A stretch of 60,546 nt of DNA. Origin: an uncultured Pseudomonadales bacterium. GTDB lineage: Bacteria > Patescibacteriota > Microgenomatia > UBA1400 > CAYXSR01. Of this stretch, positions 34,499 through 44,684 are shown one piece after another (position 1 is the stretch's first letter; every line of letters starts with the position of its first letter). The stretch is taken from positions 1 to 60,546 of the forward strand of contig CAYXSR010000005.1 of assembly GCA_964467735.1 (NCBI GenBank). Reading direction: 5' to 3'. The position numbers were made by a program, and so were the translations under genes. The notes beneath the pieces are model-generated. The model did no database searches. It was given only the letters and a program-made list of their open reading frames with translations, and was not told the origin of the DNA.

Positions 34499-35211
34499 GT
34501 TTTTAAGTATTGGGAAATTACTTTTTTACTTCGGCCAACAATCTTTATCCGCCCTTTATCAATCCACAAACTTCTTGGACAGAGCCATTCAATAGTTTCT
34601 AGATTATGAGAAACAAAAAGAATAGTTTTTTTGTCCTTAAAAAATTCTTGAATTTTTTTATAACTTTTCTTCCTAAAGTTTTCATCACCAGCAGTAATAA
34701 CTTCGTCAATAATGAGAATATCTGGGTTAGAATGAATTGCAATAGAGAAACCGAGCCTTAATTTCATACCGGAGGAATAGGTATGTAGGGGAGAATCGAT
34801 AAATTTTCCAATTCCAGAAAACCGGACAATTTTTTTAAGATTAGTTTTGATCTGTTTTTTTGTCATTCCCAATAAAAGACCATTAATATAAATGTTTTCT
34901 TCACCTGTTAAGTCAGGTTCAAAACCAGCCTCGAGGTCTATTAGAGAAGCAATTTTTCCAGTAGTTTTTATTTGTCCTGTTGTTGGGGCAGTAATTCCAG
35001 TAATAATTTTAAGTAAAGTTGATTTTCCTGCTCCATTGGCGCCAATAATACCTATTTTTTCACCTTTTTGAATTTCCAGATTTATGTTTTTCAATGCCCA
35101 AAATTCTTCCTTCTTTTTTAACAAACTTTCTACAAGGGTTGGTTTCTCGTGATGAAGAATGTATTTTTTAGATATATTAGATAATTTAATCGCTATATTG
35201 TTCATAACCAA
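34495..35211 (-). CDS. wzt: Polysaccharide ABC exporter ATPase (Wzt/TagH, no C-terminal binding domain)
   Basis: GANGAGKST, YSSGMKLRLGFS and IIDEVI motifs. Confidence 0.92.
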   Translation of the reverse strand: MVMNNIAIKLSNISKKYILHHEKPTLVESLLKKKEEFWALKNINLEIQKGEKIGIIGANGAGKSTLLKIITGITAPTTGQIKTTGKIASLIDLEAGFEPDLTGEENIYINGLLLGMTKKQIKTNLKKIVRFSGIGKFIDSPLHTYSSGMKLRLGFSIAIHSNPDILIIDEVITAGDENFRKKSYKKIQEFFKDKKTILFVSHNLETIEWLCPRSLWIDKGRIKIVGRSKKVISQYLKT

Positions 35212-35969
35212 TCACTAAAATTTTTTGCTTTTTTTCTAAAAACCCTCCAGCCAAAAACAAAAGTAACAAAAACAATAAAAACATGAATTAAAATAATAGA
35301 AAATGGGACAAAAGTATCAATAATTGGTTTTTGAAAAAAGCAGAAAATAGAGACCAAAGGATTAAGATAAAAGATCTTAAGAAATTTATCTGGAATAAGA
35401 GATATTGGGTAGATAATTGGCGTAATATAAAACCAAAGCATAATTATCATTTGAGTAATAAAATTTATATCTCGATAAAAGACTGTTAATGATGAGGTTA
35501 GTAAAGAAATTCCAGAGGAAAAAATTAATAATAAAAAAACAGCTACCAACTGAGATCCTAAATTAACCAAACTAAAGAATTGCCACTGTTTTATCAATAA
35601 AAGAAAGACTAAGAAAAGAATCCAAGAAATAATAAAATGGAAAAAATGAGATAAAACCATAGAAAGAGGAATAACTTCTCTAGGAAATTTAGATTTTTGG
35701 ATTAAGTTTCGATCCCAAACAATTCTTGGCGTAGCCTTATTAATGGCTAAGGAAAAAAAGTTCCAAGGAAGTAAACCAGCAAATAAGTAAAGATAGTAAT
35801 TTTTAATACCAAAATTAAAAACTAAAGAAAAAACAAAACCCATGACTACCATTTGAGCTAAAGGATTAATAAAAATCCACAAAAATCCTAAAACCGCATA
35901 TTTATATCTTGCCTTAATTTCTTTTTCTGTTAAAGCAAAGAGCAGGTCAATGAAATATTTATTAAACAT
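35202..35969 (-). CDS. wzm: Polysaccharide ABC exporter permease (Wzm/TagG)
   Basis: EIKARYK...LGFLWIFINP, YRDI and ITPIIYP motifs. Confidence 0.92.
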   Translation of the reverse strand: MFNKYFIDLLFALTEKEIKARYKYAVLGFLWIFINPLAQMVVMGFVFSLVFNFGIKNYYLYLFAGLLPWNFFSLAINKATPRIVWDRNLIQKSKFPREVIPLSMVLSHFFHFIISWILFLVFLLLIKQWQFFSLVNLGSQLVAVFLLLIFSSGISLLTSSLTVFYRDINFITQMIIMLWFYITPIIYPISLIPDKFLKIFYLNPLVSIFCFFQKPIIDTFVPFSIILIHVFIVFVTFVFGWRVFRKKAKNFSDWL

Positions 35970-36175
35970 GGCTTTCTTATTTTATCCTCTATCTTAAATC
36001 ACAATTTATAATAATTATCTCACTAAAGAAAAATGCAAATTCTTGACCAATTTATTATAATTTGTTTAGTTTTCGATGACAATTAGTGCAGAATAAGAAT
36101 GCAATTAATAGTGAAATGACTCATTTTAAAACAAAATAAATTTAATTCCTCAAAGAATAAAATTTAGAATTAACA

Positions 36176-37294
36176 ATGAAAAAAGAACCCACTTTATTAT
36201 TTATTAACCATTATTTTCCACTCGGTTTTGAAGCACATTTGACAAATTTTCTATTGAGAAAAAAAGCCTTGATTGCTTCAGGCATGAAAGTAAAAACACA
36301 CAATTTTATGGGTGGGAAAATAAACTTTATTAAAGAAATGATTTCACTTTTTAAAATTTTACCTAATGTTGATATTTTATATGTTGAACTAGATGGCACC
36401 GGTATTTTGGAGAAATTTTCTTTACTTAAATTATTAAAGCCAAAATTATTTTTAATTTGGGAAATCCATGCTTCTTTAGAAGAAGCCTATTGGTTTGAGA
36501 ACAGTCAAAAAATAAAAATAGCCGTTTTTATAAGAAATGTTAAAAGAAAGCTATTAGCAAAATTAGTTAATGCTACTATTTGTGTTTCTTATGAAATGGA
36601 AAATTATACTCAGAAAGTATTAAAAATTAACCGTAATTATGTTATTCCTAATTTTATTGATAAAACAGATTTTCAAAGGATGTCTTCGGTTAGAAACAAA
36701 AACCAACAAAACTCTTCAATAGCAATTTTAAAGAATCCTAATTTTTTTAAAGTTTTATGGGGAGGAGGTGCTAATTATCCATGGCAGGGTTTAGATATTA
36801 TTGAAAAAGTGGCTAAAAAAATATACTACTTGGATAAGAAAATCGTATTTTTAATCTTTGGTTCTTATAAATGGCATAAATTTACTTTTACCAAAAATAT
36901 AATCCTTTTAGACTCGGTTCCATATAAGCAATTTCTGCACAACATTTCTTGTGCAGACATTTGTTTGGCTTTATATAAAAACCCTAAAACACATAGAGTA
37001 AAAGATAATTTTTATTTTTCCCCTATGAAAATATTCGATTATTTAATGTTGGCTAAGCCGGTTATTGCTTCTCGTCTGGGACAAATAAAACAAATTATTA
37101 CTCATGGTAAGAATGGATTTTTGACTAATAATTCAACAGACGACATTATTAGAAAAATTCTTTTATTAAAAAGAAATCCTTTAATGGCAGCTAAAATGGG
37201 AAAAGCAGGAAAAACGACAGTTTTGAGAAAGTTTGAATTAAAGACAGCAACAAGGCAATATAAACAAGCGTTTAAGAGTATGGGTATTTTATGA
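36176..37294 (+). CDS. GT4 glycosyltransferase
   Basis: SPMKIFDYLMLAKPVIAS, GFL motif, GT-B C-terminal domain. Confidence 0.88.
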   Translation: MKKEPTLLFINHYFPLGFEAHLTNFLLRKKALIASGMKVKTHNFMGGKINFIKEMISLFKILPNVDILYVELDGTGILEKFSLLKLLKPKLFLIWEIHASLEEAYWFENSQKIKIAVFIRNVKRKLLAKLVNATICVSYEMENYTQKVLKINRNYVIPNFIDKTDFQRMSSVRNKNQQNSSIAILKNPNFFKVLWGGGANYPWQGLDIIEKVAKKIYYLDKKIVFLIFGSYKWHKFTFTKNIILLDSVPYKQFLHNISCADICLALYKNPKTHRVKDNFYFSPMKIFDYLMLAKPVIASRLGQIKQIITHGKNGFLTNNSTDDIIRKILLLKRNPLMAAKMGKAGKTTVLRKFELKTATRQYKQAFKSMGIL

Positions 37295-37415
37295 AATTAA
37301 TGTTTGCTGTAGTTTTTTACTTGGAAGAGTTAAAGTTTAGCAAAAGCAATTATTATAAGAGAATTTAATGGTTTATGTAAGAAAAACAAGTAATTATGAT
37401 TTAGATAACTTATGA
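37291..37415 (+). other. Two chained micro-ORFs (37291-37368, 25 aa; 37368-37415, 15 aa) bridging two GT4 genes; possibly a gene remnant
   Basis: ATGA, TAATG and ATGA overlaps in series. Confidence 0.45.
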
Positions 37416-38641
37416 AAATTTTGTTGGTTTCTCCAGAAGATTTGAAAGGCAAAAGATGGGGTGGTGTTTCCACATATAATACTTTATTAGCAGAAGAGCT
37501 AGTTAATCTTGGTAACCAAGTTTCTATTTTAACACCGGGAAACAAAAATGAATTTTTTTATCAAAATGGTATTAAGATTTATAGAATTCACCATAGTAAT
37601 AGAAAAAAGAAAACTGTTTTCTTAAAAATCTACTATCGATTTTTAGGGATATTAAATAGGTTTTTATCAGATTTTACTAAAAGGCTATATTGGATTTTAG
37701 ATGTTTATCTTTTTGTTGAAAAACATGGCCCTTTTGATATTATTGAGACTCCAGAATGGGGTAGTAGTGCTTTGTTTATTTCATTATTTTCAAAACAAAA
37801 ACTGATAGTTCGCTTGCACCGTGGTTGGTATTTTTACAAGAAGGATAATAATCTACCTTTTAGTATTGATGATTATTTAATAAGTCTTTTAGAGCTACTT
37901 TCTGTAATTTTTGCTACTGCTATTACTTCTCCTACAAGATATATGCTTGCTCGATATAAAAAAATTTTATGTTTATTAAAACTGGTAAAAGGTAATAGAA
38001 ATTTTGAAGTTATATCTAATGGAATGAAGATAGACAGAAAGATAAAATGTTTAACAAAGGACAAAATTACGAATTATATTCTTTTCGTAGGTAGGCTGGA
38101 AAAAGCGAAAGGAGCAGATGTTATTATTAAGGCTTTCAAAAAAATAAGCAAGAAATTCAAAAAGATAAAATTATTAATGATTGGTGAAAGTACAAACATG
38201 CAGGATAATAAAAAAATGGTTGATTATAAAACATTTTTATTAAGATATCTTAGGAGTCATAAATTAGAAAAACAAATTTTTATTTTATCTAGAAAATCAA
38301 GAGAACAATTAAGTTCATATTATTCAGATTGTTTGTTTTGTGTAGTGCCCTCAGTGGGAAATGAAAATTTACCGACAGTTTTATTAGAGGCAATATCTTT
38401 TGATAAAGCCTTAATCAGTAGTAATACCGGAGGCATTCCTGAAGTTATTAGAAATAACATTAATGGGTTGCTTTTTCAACCTGGAGCAGTAAAAGATTTA
38501 GCTGAAAAGATATTAATTTTATTAAAAGATAGAGGGTTGAGGTTTAGATTCGAAACTTATAATGCTGAACTGAAATACCATTATGATATCAAAAAGACAG
38601 CTAGAGAAACACTTAATTTTTATCAACAATTAACACAATGA
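37412..38641 (+). CDS. GT4 glycosyltransferase
   Basis: GGVSTY, FVGRLEKAKG and ENLPTVLLEAI motifs. Confidence 0.92.
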   Translation: MKILLVSPEDLKGKRWGGVSTYNTLLAEELVNLGNQVSILTPGNKNEFFYQNGIKIYRIHHSNRKKKTVFLKIYYRFLGILNRFLSDFTKRLYWILDVYLFVEKHGPFDIIETPEWGSSALFISLFSKQKLIVRLHRGWYFYKKDNNLPFSIDDYLISLLELLSVIFATAITSPTRYMLARYKKILCLLKLVKGNRNFEVISNGMKIDRKIKCLTKDKITNYILFVGRLEKAKGADVIIKAFKKISKKFKKIKLLMIGESTNMQDNKKMVDYKTFLLRYLRSHKLEKQIFILSRKSREQLSSYYSDCLFCVVPSVGNENLPTVLLEAISFDKALISSNTGGIPEVIRNNINGLLFQPGAVKDLAEKILILLKDRGLRFRFETYNAELKYHYDIKKTARETLNFYQQLTQ

Positions 38642-39543
38642 CTAAAATTACTGTCATCATTAACACTAATGGCAAGAGGAAAAAAAGAATTAAGAATTGC
38701 CTCTTATCTATAAAAGAAAATAGTTTTAGAGATTTTGACATTTTAGTGGTTCAGCAATGTCTTCAAAAAATTACCTTGAAAGGTGTTAGAAATATTAATG
38801 TAGCTTTAAAAGGTGTCGGTTATGCAAAAAATCAAGGAATAAAAAGAACCCAGGGACAGATTATTGTCTTTACGGATGACGATTGTATTGTAGATAAAGA
38901 TTGGTTAAAGAATATTTATTTATCTTTTAAAAAACATAAAGATATAGCTGGTGTTTTTGGCAAAGTTTTGCCTTATAAACCACAGTCAAATAAAGATAAA
39001 ATTTGTCCCTGTACTTTTCTAAAAAATAAAAAGAAATTTATTACCAAACCTTGTTTTCATATCAAAAATATTGGTTTTGGTAATAATATGGCATTTAAAA
39101 GAGAAGTATTTGATAAAGTAGGATTTTTTAAAAATTGGTTAGGTCCAGGGTCAATTGGTAGTAATGCTGAAGATGCAGAATTTGTCTTAAGAGTTTTATT
39201 TAATAACTATAAAATTTTATATAATCCTAAAATCAAAGCGTGGCATAATAGGTGGCTAACTAATCAAGAACTTAAAAAACAAAAAATGTCTTATTTATGT
39301 GGAGAAGTAGCTTGTTATAGTTATTTTGCCTTCCAAGGAAAAAAATTTGCCCAAAAAATCATAATCAATGATTTAAAAGAATTATATTGGAAATTAAGAA
39401 AAGCTATAAAGTATTTAATTTTTTTTAGAAAAGGAAGTCTGTCATTATTTATTCTAAGAATGAAAGAAATTTATTTCTGTTTACGAGGCTTGATAGTTGG
39501 TTTTTATTTTTCTAGAAAAGAACCTTTAGTAAAGAATAATTGA
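38638..39543 (+). CDS. GT2 glycosyltransferase
   Basis: VFTDDDC, GNNMAF and AEDAE motifs. Confidence 0.92.
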   Translation: MTKITVIINTNGKRKKRIKNCLLSIKENSFRDFDILVVQQCLQKITLKGVRNINVALKGVGYAKNQGIKRTQGQIIVFTDDDCIVDKDWLKNIYLSFKKHKDIAGVFGKVLPYKPQSNKDKICPCTFLKNKKKFITKPCFHIKNIGFGNNMAFKREVFDKVGFFKNWLGPGSIGSNAEDAEFVLRVLFNNYKILYNPKIKAWHNRWLTNQELKKQKMSYLCGEVACYSYFAFQGKKFAQKIIINDLKELYWKLRKAIKYLIFFRKGSLSLFILRMKEIYFCLRGLIVGFYFSRKEPLVKNN

Positions 39544-39546
39544 TAT

Positions 39547-40650
39547 ATGGAAGCATGGTTTAGGTCTTTAATCAAAACTATCAATAAAATTCATCTCAAT
39601 TTAGGAATTAAGAAGTTTCTCTCGCGCAACTTTAGAATTAATTTTTATTCAAAAGGACCAGTTTTTTTTCGTATAAATCCTGTAGATTATCGTTGTAATC
39701 ATAATTGTATCATGTGTTGGAGAAAAACAATTAAGGGTAAGACTAAAACAGAAAGATTAGAAAAAGAAAAGAATTCACTAGCTTTATTTGAATATAAGAA
39801 ATTGTTTAAAGAATTGCCTTTAAGCACTTATACTATCAATGTAACAGGAGGTGGGGAACCACTACTCCATCCTCAGATATGGCAGATTTTAAGATTAATT
39901 AAAAAACATTGTTTTTATGGATATCTTATGACGAATGGGGCACTACTAACGAAAGAGAGAGTAAAACAACTTTTAGATATGAAATGGGATCTTATCAGAT
40001 TTTCTTTTCATGCTTCTAACAAACAAACTTACTGTAAAATCCACGGCAAGAATGATTTTGGAAGGGTGATCAAAATAATAAAGTTTCTTAAGAGTTCTCA
40101 TGAGCAATTTTCAGAACATTCTATTAAAATTTCTTTATTATTTGTCATTCAAAAATTAAATTTTAGAGAAATTAAAAGATTCGTTGCTTTAGCACAAAAA
40201 CTGGCTGTTGATGAGATAGAGTTTGATAATTTAATGCCTGTTGTTTCGAATACTTTACTGGAAAAGAATCAGATTAAATCTGTAATAAAAGATTTACAAA
40301 GAGTTGTTCAGTTTTCTACGATTCCGAATAATGCTCTTGCTGTTATTAGAAGATATAAAACTTTGTATCAGAATAATCATTCAATTAAAAAAAACGGTGT
40401 TACTTTAAGCAAGAAAAGGTTTATTGGTAAAAAATGTCCCTATGTAAGTGACTCTGTTTTTATTAATTCTTATGGTGATGTCCAAGCTTGTTGTCTTCTA
40501 TCAAACAAAATAGGAAATATCCGAGAAAAAGCCTTTTCAAAAATTTGGACATCAAAATTATATAAAAAAGTGCGTTGGAATTTAAATAGAGGTCTTTTTT
40601 ATCCAGATTGTTTTAAAAAATGTTCTTTTGAATTAATGGACAAGAAATAA
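39547..40650 (+). CDS. Radical SAM protein with SPASM/Twitch domain
   Basis: CNHNCIMC, TGGGEPLLHP and a C-terminal CPY...GDVQACC...C..C segment. Confidence 0.92.
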   Translation: MEAWFRSLIKTINKIHLNLGIKKFLSRNFRINFYSKGPVFFRINPVDYRCNHNCIMCWRKTIKGKTKTERLEKEKNSLALFEYKKLFKELPLSTYTINVTGGGEPLLHPQIWQILRLIKKHCFYGYLMTNGALLTKERVKQLLDMKWDLIRFSFHASNKQTYCKIHGKNDFGRVIKIIKFLKSSHEQFSEHSIKISLLFVIQKLNFREIKRFVALAQKLAVDEIEFDNLMPVVSNTLLEKNQIKSVIKDLQRVVQFSTIPNNALAVIRRYKTLYQNNHSIKKNGVTLSKKRFIGKKCPYVSDSVFINSYGDVQACCLLSNKIGNIREKAFSKIWTSKLYKKVRWNLNRGLFYPDCFKKCSFELMDKK

Positions 40651-40655
40651 AAAGA

Positions 40656-41975
40656 TTATTTTAAATTAAAAGTCTTCATAAAATTTTTAGCCTCCATAAA
40701 ACAATTATCCATATTTCCTAGTTCATACTTCCATGAGCCAAACCGACCAATAGAATAAATCTGATTTAAATTCAAATATTGGTTGATTGTCTTTAATGTT
40801 TTATCCCTATCTAATGTTGGGATTGGATAATAATATTTTGGAAAAAAAGAAAAAGTTGTAATTGGTTTGATATTTTCATTGTCAAAAAATATTTTTCCTA
40901 TTTGTTTGCTAATTTTATTGATTAACTCATCATATCTTTTGTTCTGTTTCTTGCGTGTAGAGATTTCAACTAAAAAAGATGAATATTTTTTATTAGGAAC
41001 TGTTTTTTCTCCAATTTTTGATAAAAGACAAAGCCTGAAGAATGGATATTTTTTATTAGGGAAATAAATCCAATGCCAATCTTTAAATTTTGGTTGTTGA
41101 GAGAAACCCAATCCAATAACTATTCCCGAATTGTATTTAAGTTTTGAGGATAATATTTTTGTTTTTCTAGGAGAATTAGAAATATTAATTAATTCATTAA
41201 TTGGAATTGTTGAGATAAGTATGTCAAATTTTATAACTTTGCCTTTTTGAATAATAATGGTTTTTTTAACTATATCTATTTGCTTAGCTTTTGTTTCAAA
41301 GAGAATAGAATTTTTAAATAAACTCGCCATTTTTCTCCATAAAAACCCAATTCCCCCTTTTTTGGGGTAAAAAAAATATTGATGCGGTCCCCAATCTAAT
41401 ATTTTTTTGTTTTTTCTCTTAAATTCTTTTCTAATAAGAGATAAAGGTGGGAGACTTATTTTTTTAGATAACCAATTTGTATTTAATTGCTCCAAAGGAT
41501 AAGTCCAGCTTTTTTCATTTTGGGGAACCATAAAAAATTTAGCAATTCCTTCTCCAAAGTTTGATAAAATCCATTGATAGAAATTCTTTGGATGTGATTT
41601 TGTTTTTCGCAGATTTTCTAAATCTTTTAAACATTTATCCCTATAGGCTTTTGGCAAGAAAGAGATGTTATTCTGAAAAGGATAAGGGATAAAATAGTTT
41701 TTGAAATATATATAAGCTTTTCTTTTTTGTCTGGCAACATTCTTTTTCAATATTTTTTGACAGAATTTAACAAAGTCTTGTTGTTTATCATGAATAACAT
41801 GACCTCCGATATCCCAAAAGAAACCTTTATCATCTTGAAAGCTAGCAGATAGTCCACCAATATATGAATTTTTTTCTAAAATTAGAAAATCATTAAAATT
41901 TTGTTTTTTCAGCCTCCAGGCGACTGAAAGCCCCATAGGTCCAGCACCAATAATAATTATTTTCTTTTTAATCAT
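40656..41975 (-). CDS. FAD-dependent UDP-galactopyranose mutase-like protein (eukaryote-type motifs)
   Basis: GAGPMGL, DIGGHVI, YPFQNNI and GRFGSWKYELGNMD motifs. Confidence 0.7.
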   Translation of the reverse strand: MIKKKIIIIGAGPMGLSVAWRLKKQNFNDFLILEKNSYIGGLSASFQDDKGFFWDIGGHVIHDKQQDFVKFCQKILKKNVARQKRKAYIYFKNYFIPYPFQNNISFLPKAYRDKCLKDLENLRKTKSHPKNFYQWILSNFGEGIAKFFMVPQNEKSWTYPLEQLNTNWLSKKISLPPLSLIRKEFKRKNKKILDWGPHQYFFYPKKGGIGFLWRKMASLFKNSILFETKAKQIDIVKKTIIIQKGKVIKFDILISTIPINELINISNSPRKTKILSSKLKYNSGIVIGLGFSQQPKFKDWHWIYFPNKKYPFFRLCLLSKIGEKTVPNKKYSSFLVEISTRKKQNKRYDELINKISKQIGKIFFDNENIKPITTFSFFPKYYYPIPTLDRDKTLKTINQYLNLNQIYSIGRFGSWKYELGNMDNCFMEAKNFMKTFNLK

Positions 41976-43188
41976 TGAATTTATCTGGAAATTCTTTTTT
42001 TAAAATCTGACTGATTTTTCCAATTTTTTCTTCCCAAGAATTAACAATCGCTAGTTGTTTTTGTTGTTTTTGATATTTTTTTGACCAACCTTTTTTAAGA
42101 ATTATTTTGATTTCTTTCTCAAATTGATTAGCATTTTTAGCAATTTTGACATAAGGTTTAAGAGAAGTTAATGATTCAATAGGAGTGCTTATTACTGGTT
42201 TTCCTCGGGCAAAAAATTCAAAAATTTTCATAGGATAGCAATATTTGCAAAATTCATAATTTATATTATATGGGATTATTCCAATATTGAAATTTTCGAT
42301 ATATCTTATAATTTGGTTTTTTGACTTTCTATCTAATAAAAAGACATTATCATTTTTTTGTAATTTTTTTAGATTTTTTTCAAGATTTAAAAATTTATCT
42401 GTAGTAGGATCATTCCAGCTTGGGCCAAGAAAAACAAAAGACCAGTCTGGATTTTTTTTAGATAATTCGTTTATTAATTTGAAATTAATGCGATAGTCAA
42501 TATTTCCTATGAAGCCAATAATTGGTTTCATAATTTTTTTTAAATCTCTGGGAATTGTATTATTCCGAGTTTTTTTAAAAAAAAGCTTGGCCGCAAAACC
42601 CTGGGGAACTTGAAATGTTTTCGGATGAAACCTTTTTTTAATTCGATATAATGAGGGAGAATTTGTAAATACAACATCAACTTTGTTAATTAATTCTTTT
42701 TCCTTTTGTTTTAATCGTTGATCTTCTTTAAGAATGGGCGAGGAATAAAAATCTACACAATCGTATATAGCTAGAGTTTCATTGAATTTATTAAGAAAAA
42801 GATTATGTCTGGGTTCGAATAACCAAAGTATTATATTGTGTTGTTTTCTTATAAAACTGCTATATATTTTTAAGAAAAAACGGAGGAGAAAAATATTTAT
42901 CCAAAGGTTTAATTTTTGTACCAACTGGAATCTTCTTAGAGGAATAAAATGGATGGGAGTTATATAAAAACACGAGCTTTTTCTTTTAACTAAATTAATA
43001 TTTTTTTTGTTTTTTATTTTCTTTAACAAAAGCTCTTTAATTGATAAGGCATCCTCCCATAAAAAATTTATGATGATGTTTGATTTAGCAAGTATTTTTT
43101 CCGTTTGCTGTACATAGTCACACACCCACCATTGTGGTAAATTATAGGGGATAATAACAATTTTGTTTCTTATTATAGATGACACCAT
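41968..43188 (-). CDS. GT-B glycosyltransferase (TuaH-like GT4)
   Basis: YDCVD, PIIGFIGNI and YPMKIFEFFARGKPVIST motifs. Confidence 0.85.
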   Translation of the reverse strand: MVSSIIRNKIVIIPYNLPQWWVCDYVQQTEKILAKSNIIINFLWEDALSIKELLLKKIKNKKNINLVKRKSSCFYITPIHFIPLRRFQLVQKLNLWINIFLLRFFLKIYSSFIRKQHNIILWLFEPRHNLFLNKFNETLAIYDCVDFYSSPILKEDQRLKQKEKELINKVDVVFTNSPSLYRIKKRFHPKTFQVPQGFAAKLFFKKTRNNTIPRDLKKIMKPIIGFIGNIDYRINFKLINELSKKNPDWSFVFLGPSWNDPTTDKFLNLEKNLKKLQKNDNVFLLDRKSKNQIIRYIENFNIGIIPYNINYEFCKYCYPMKIFEFFARGKPVISTPIESLTSLKPYVKIAKNANQFEKEIKIILKKGWSKKYQKQQKQLAIVNSWEEKIGKISQILKKEFPDKFND

Positions 43189-44681
43189 ATAGAGAATATA
43201 ATTCTATCTTAAAGAGAATGAAAGATGAAGTCTACCTTGTGTGGACAACGTTAGCTTTTTATTTATTCTTGTTTTTCAATTTAAATAACAAAACTCTTGT
43301 TGCATTTTTTTTTATTTATCTTTTTGTTCTTTATTTTTTCAACAAAGATTTTAGAAAATCCTTACTTTTAGTCTTTCTTGCTAGTTTGCCTTTTAATGTA
43401 GGTAAAACTTATGTTATAGAACTGGTTCCTGCTTGGCAGCTAGGATTGTCTATTCGTCCTTATGGAATTGCTAGTAATATTATTATTTCCATTAAAGAAG
43501 TTTTAATCGTTATAATGTTTATCTTTTTAATAAGAGATTTTTTTTCAGGAAAGAAAAGAGTTTTTAAGATTGATAGAATTAGCATGCTCCTATTATTTTA
43601 TTTTTTATCTCTAATTATTGCCTCCATTGCTGGTTCGATTAGACCAGAAATATCCTTAATCTATAGTCTTTATTCAATAGAGTCACTTATTTTGTATTTT
43701 TATGCAAAGGAGTTAATTCGAGACAAGAAAGATATACTTTTGTCTTCTTTCAAAATTTTTTCTTCTATAATATTTCTAGAAGTAATAATTTCGATTATTC
43801 AGTTTATAAAACGCAGTCCTTTAGGAATTTCTATAGAAGAATCTTCGGAATTTTTACCTATAGATCCTAGTTTAGAAGCAACTGCTTTAGATTATCGTCC
43901 CGTTGGGACTTTTTCTCATGCTAATTGGTTGGCAAATTTTTTACTCCTATTTTTGTTTATTTTTTTACCTTCATTATTTTTAAAATTTAAAAGTCAGAGA
44001 AAGACTTTTCTTTTCACTTTTCTTTCTGCTTTTCTAGTTTTTTTATTAACTCTTAGTCGTTCAGCTTGGTTTTCATTTTTCGTTAGTTTTTTACTATTCC
44101 TTTTTATTGTTGAAAAAAAATGGAACCTTCGATTAAAAATAACAAAAGAATTGTTAAAATTATTTTTTCTTATCTCGCCTTTCCTTCTACTGTTTGTAAT
44201 ATTTTTTCTATTTCCAAGGATAATTAACACTTTTTATTCTTTTGAAGTTTATGGTGGTGGTTATACAAGAATTCAATTAATAAAAGAAACAATAGAAACA
44301 ATAAGAGAATTTCCTTTTTTTGGAGTAGGATTAGGAATGTCAATTTTTTATTCATATATAAATAGACAAACTAATATAAGCAGTATTTTTTCTTATTTTC
44401 CAGAAGCAGTTCATAATGGGTTTCTATTTCTAATAGTTCAGGTAGGAATATTTTCTTTTTTATTTTTTGCAATGCTTTGTTTTTTTATTTTCAAAAATTT
44501 AATAGAAGATATCAATAGAGAAAAAAATTCTCATAAAAGAATATTGTTATTATCATTGTTATTAGGTTTTTTTAGTCTTTTCCTAAATGCTTTTTTGCAA
44601 CCCTTTATACCTAGTTTGCAGAATTTAGTCTTTTTAAGTATGATTTATACTGATAGAAAAAACCTAGAGGAATTAATTTAA
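43179..44681 (+). CDS. O-antigen ligase-like (Wzy_C) protein; true start may be 43218
   Basis: RPVGTFSHANWLA, TLSRSAW, FGVGLG and AVHNGFL motifs. Confidence 0.88.
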   Translation: MTPYREYNSILKRMKDEVYLVWTTLAFYLFLFFNLNNKTLVAFFFIYLFVLYFFNKDFRKSLLLVFLASLPFNVGKTYVIELVPAWQLGLSIRPYGIASNIIISIKEVLIVIMFIFLIRDFFSGKKRVFKIDRISMLLLFYFLSLIIASIAGSIRPEISLIYSLYSIESLILYFYAKELIRDKKDILLSSFKIFSSIIFLEVIISIIQFIKRSPLGISIEESSEFLPIDPSLEATALDYRPVGTFSHANWLANFLLLFLFIFLPSLFLKFKSQRKTFLFTFLSAFLVFLLTLSRSAWFSFFVSFLLFLFIVEKKWNLRLKITKELLKLFFLISPFLLLFVIFFLFPRIINTFYSFEVYGGGYTRIQLIKETIETIREFPFFGVGLGMSIFYSYINRQTNISSIFSYFPEAVHNGFLFLIVQVGIFSFLFFAMLCFFIFKNLIEDINREKNSHKRILLLSLLLGFFSLFLNAFLQPFIPSLQNLVFLSMIYTDRKNLEELI

Positions 44682-44684
44682 AAG

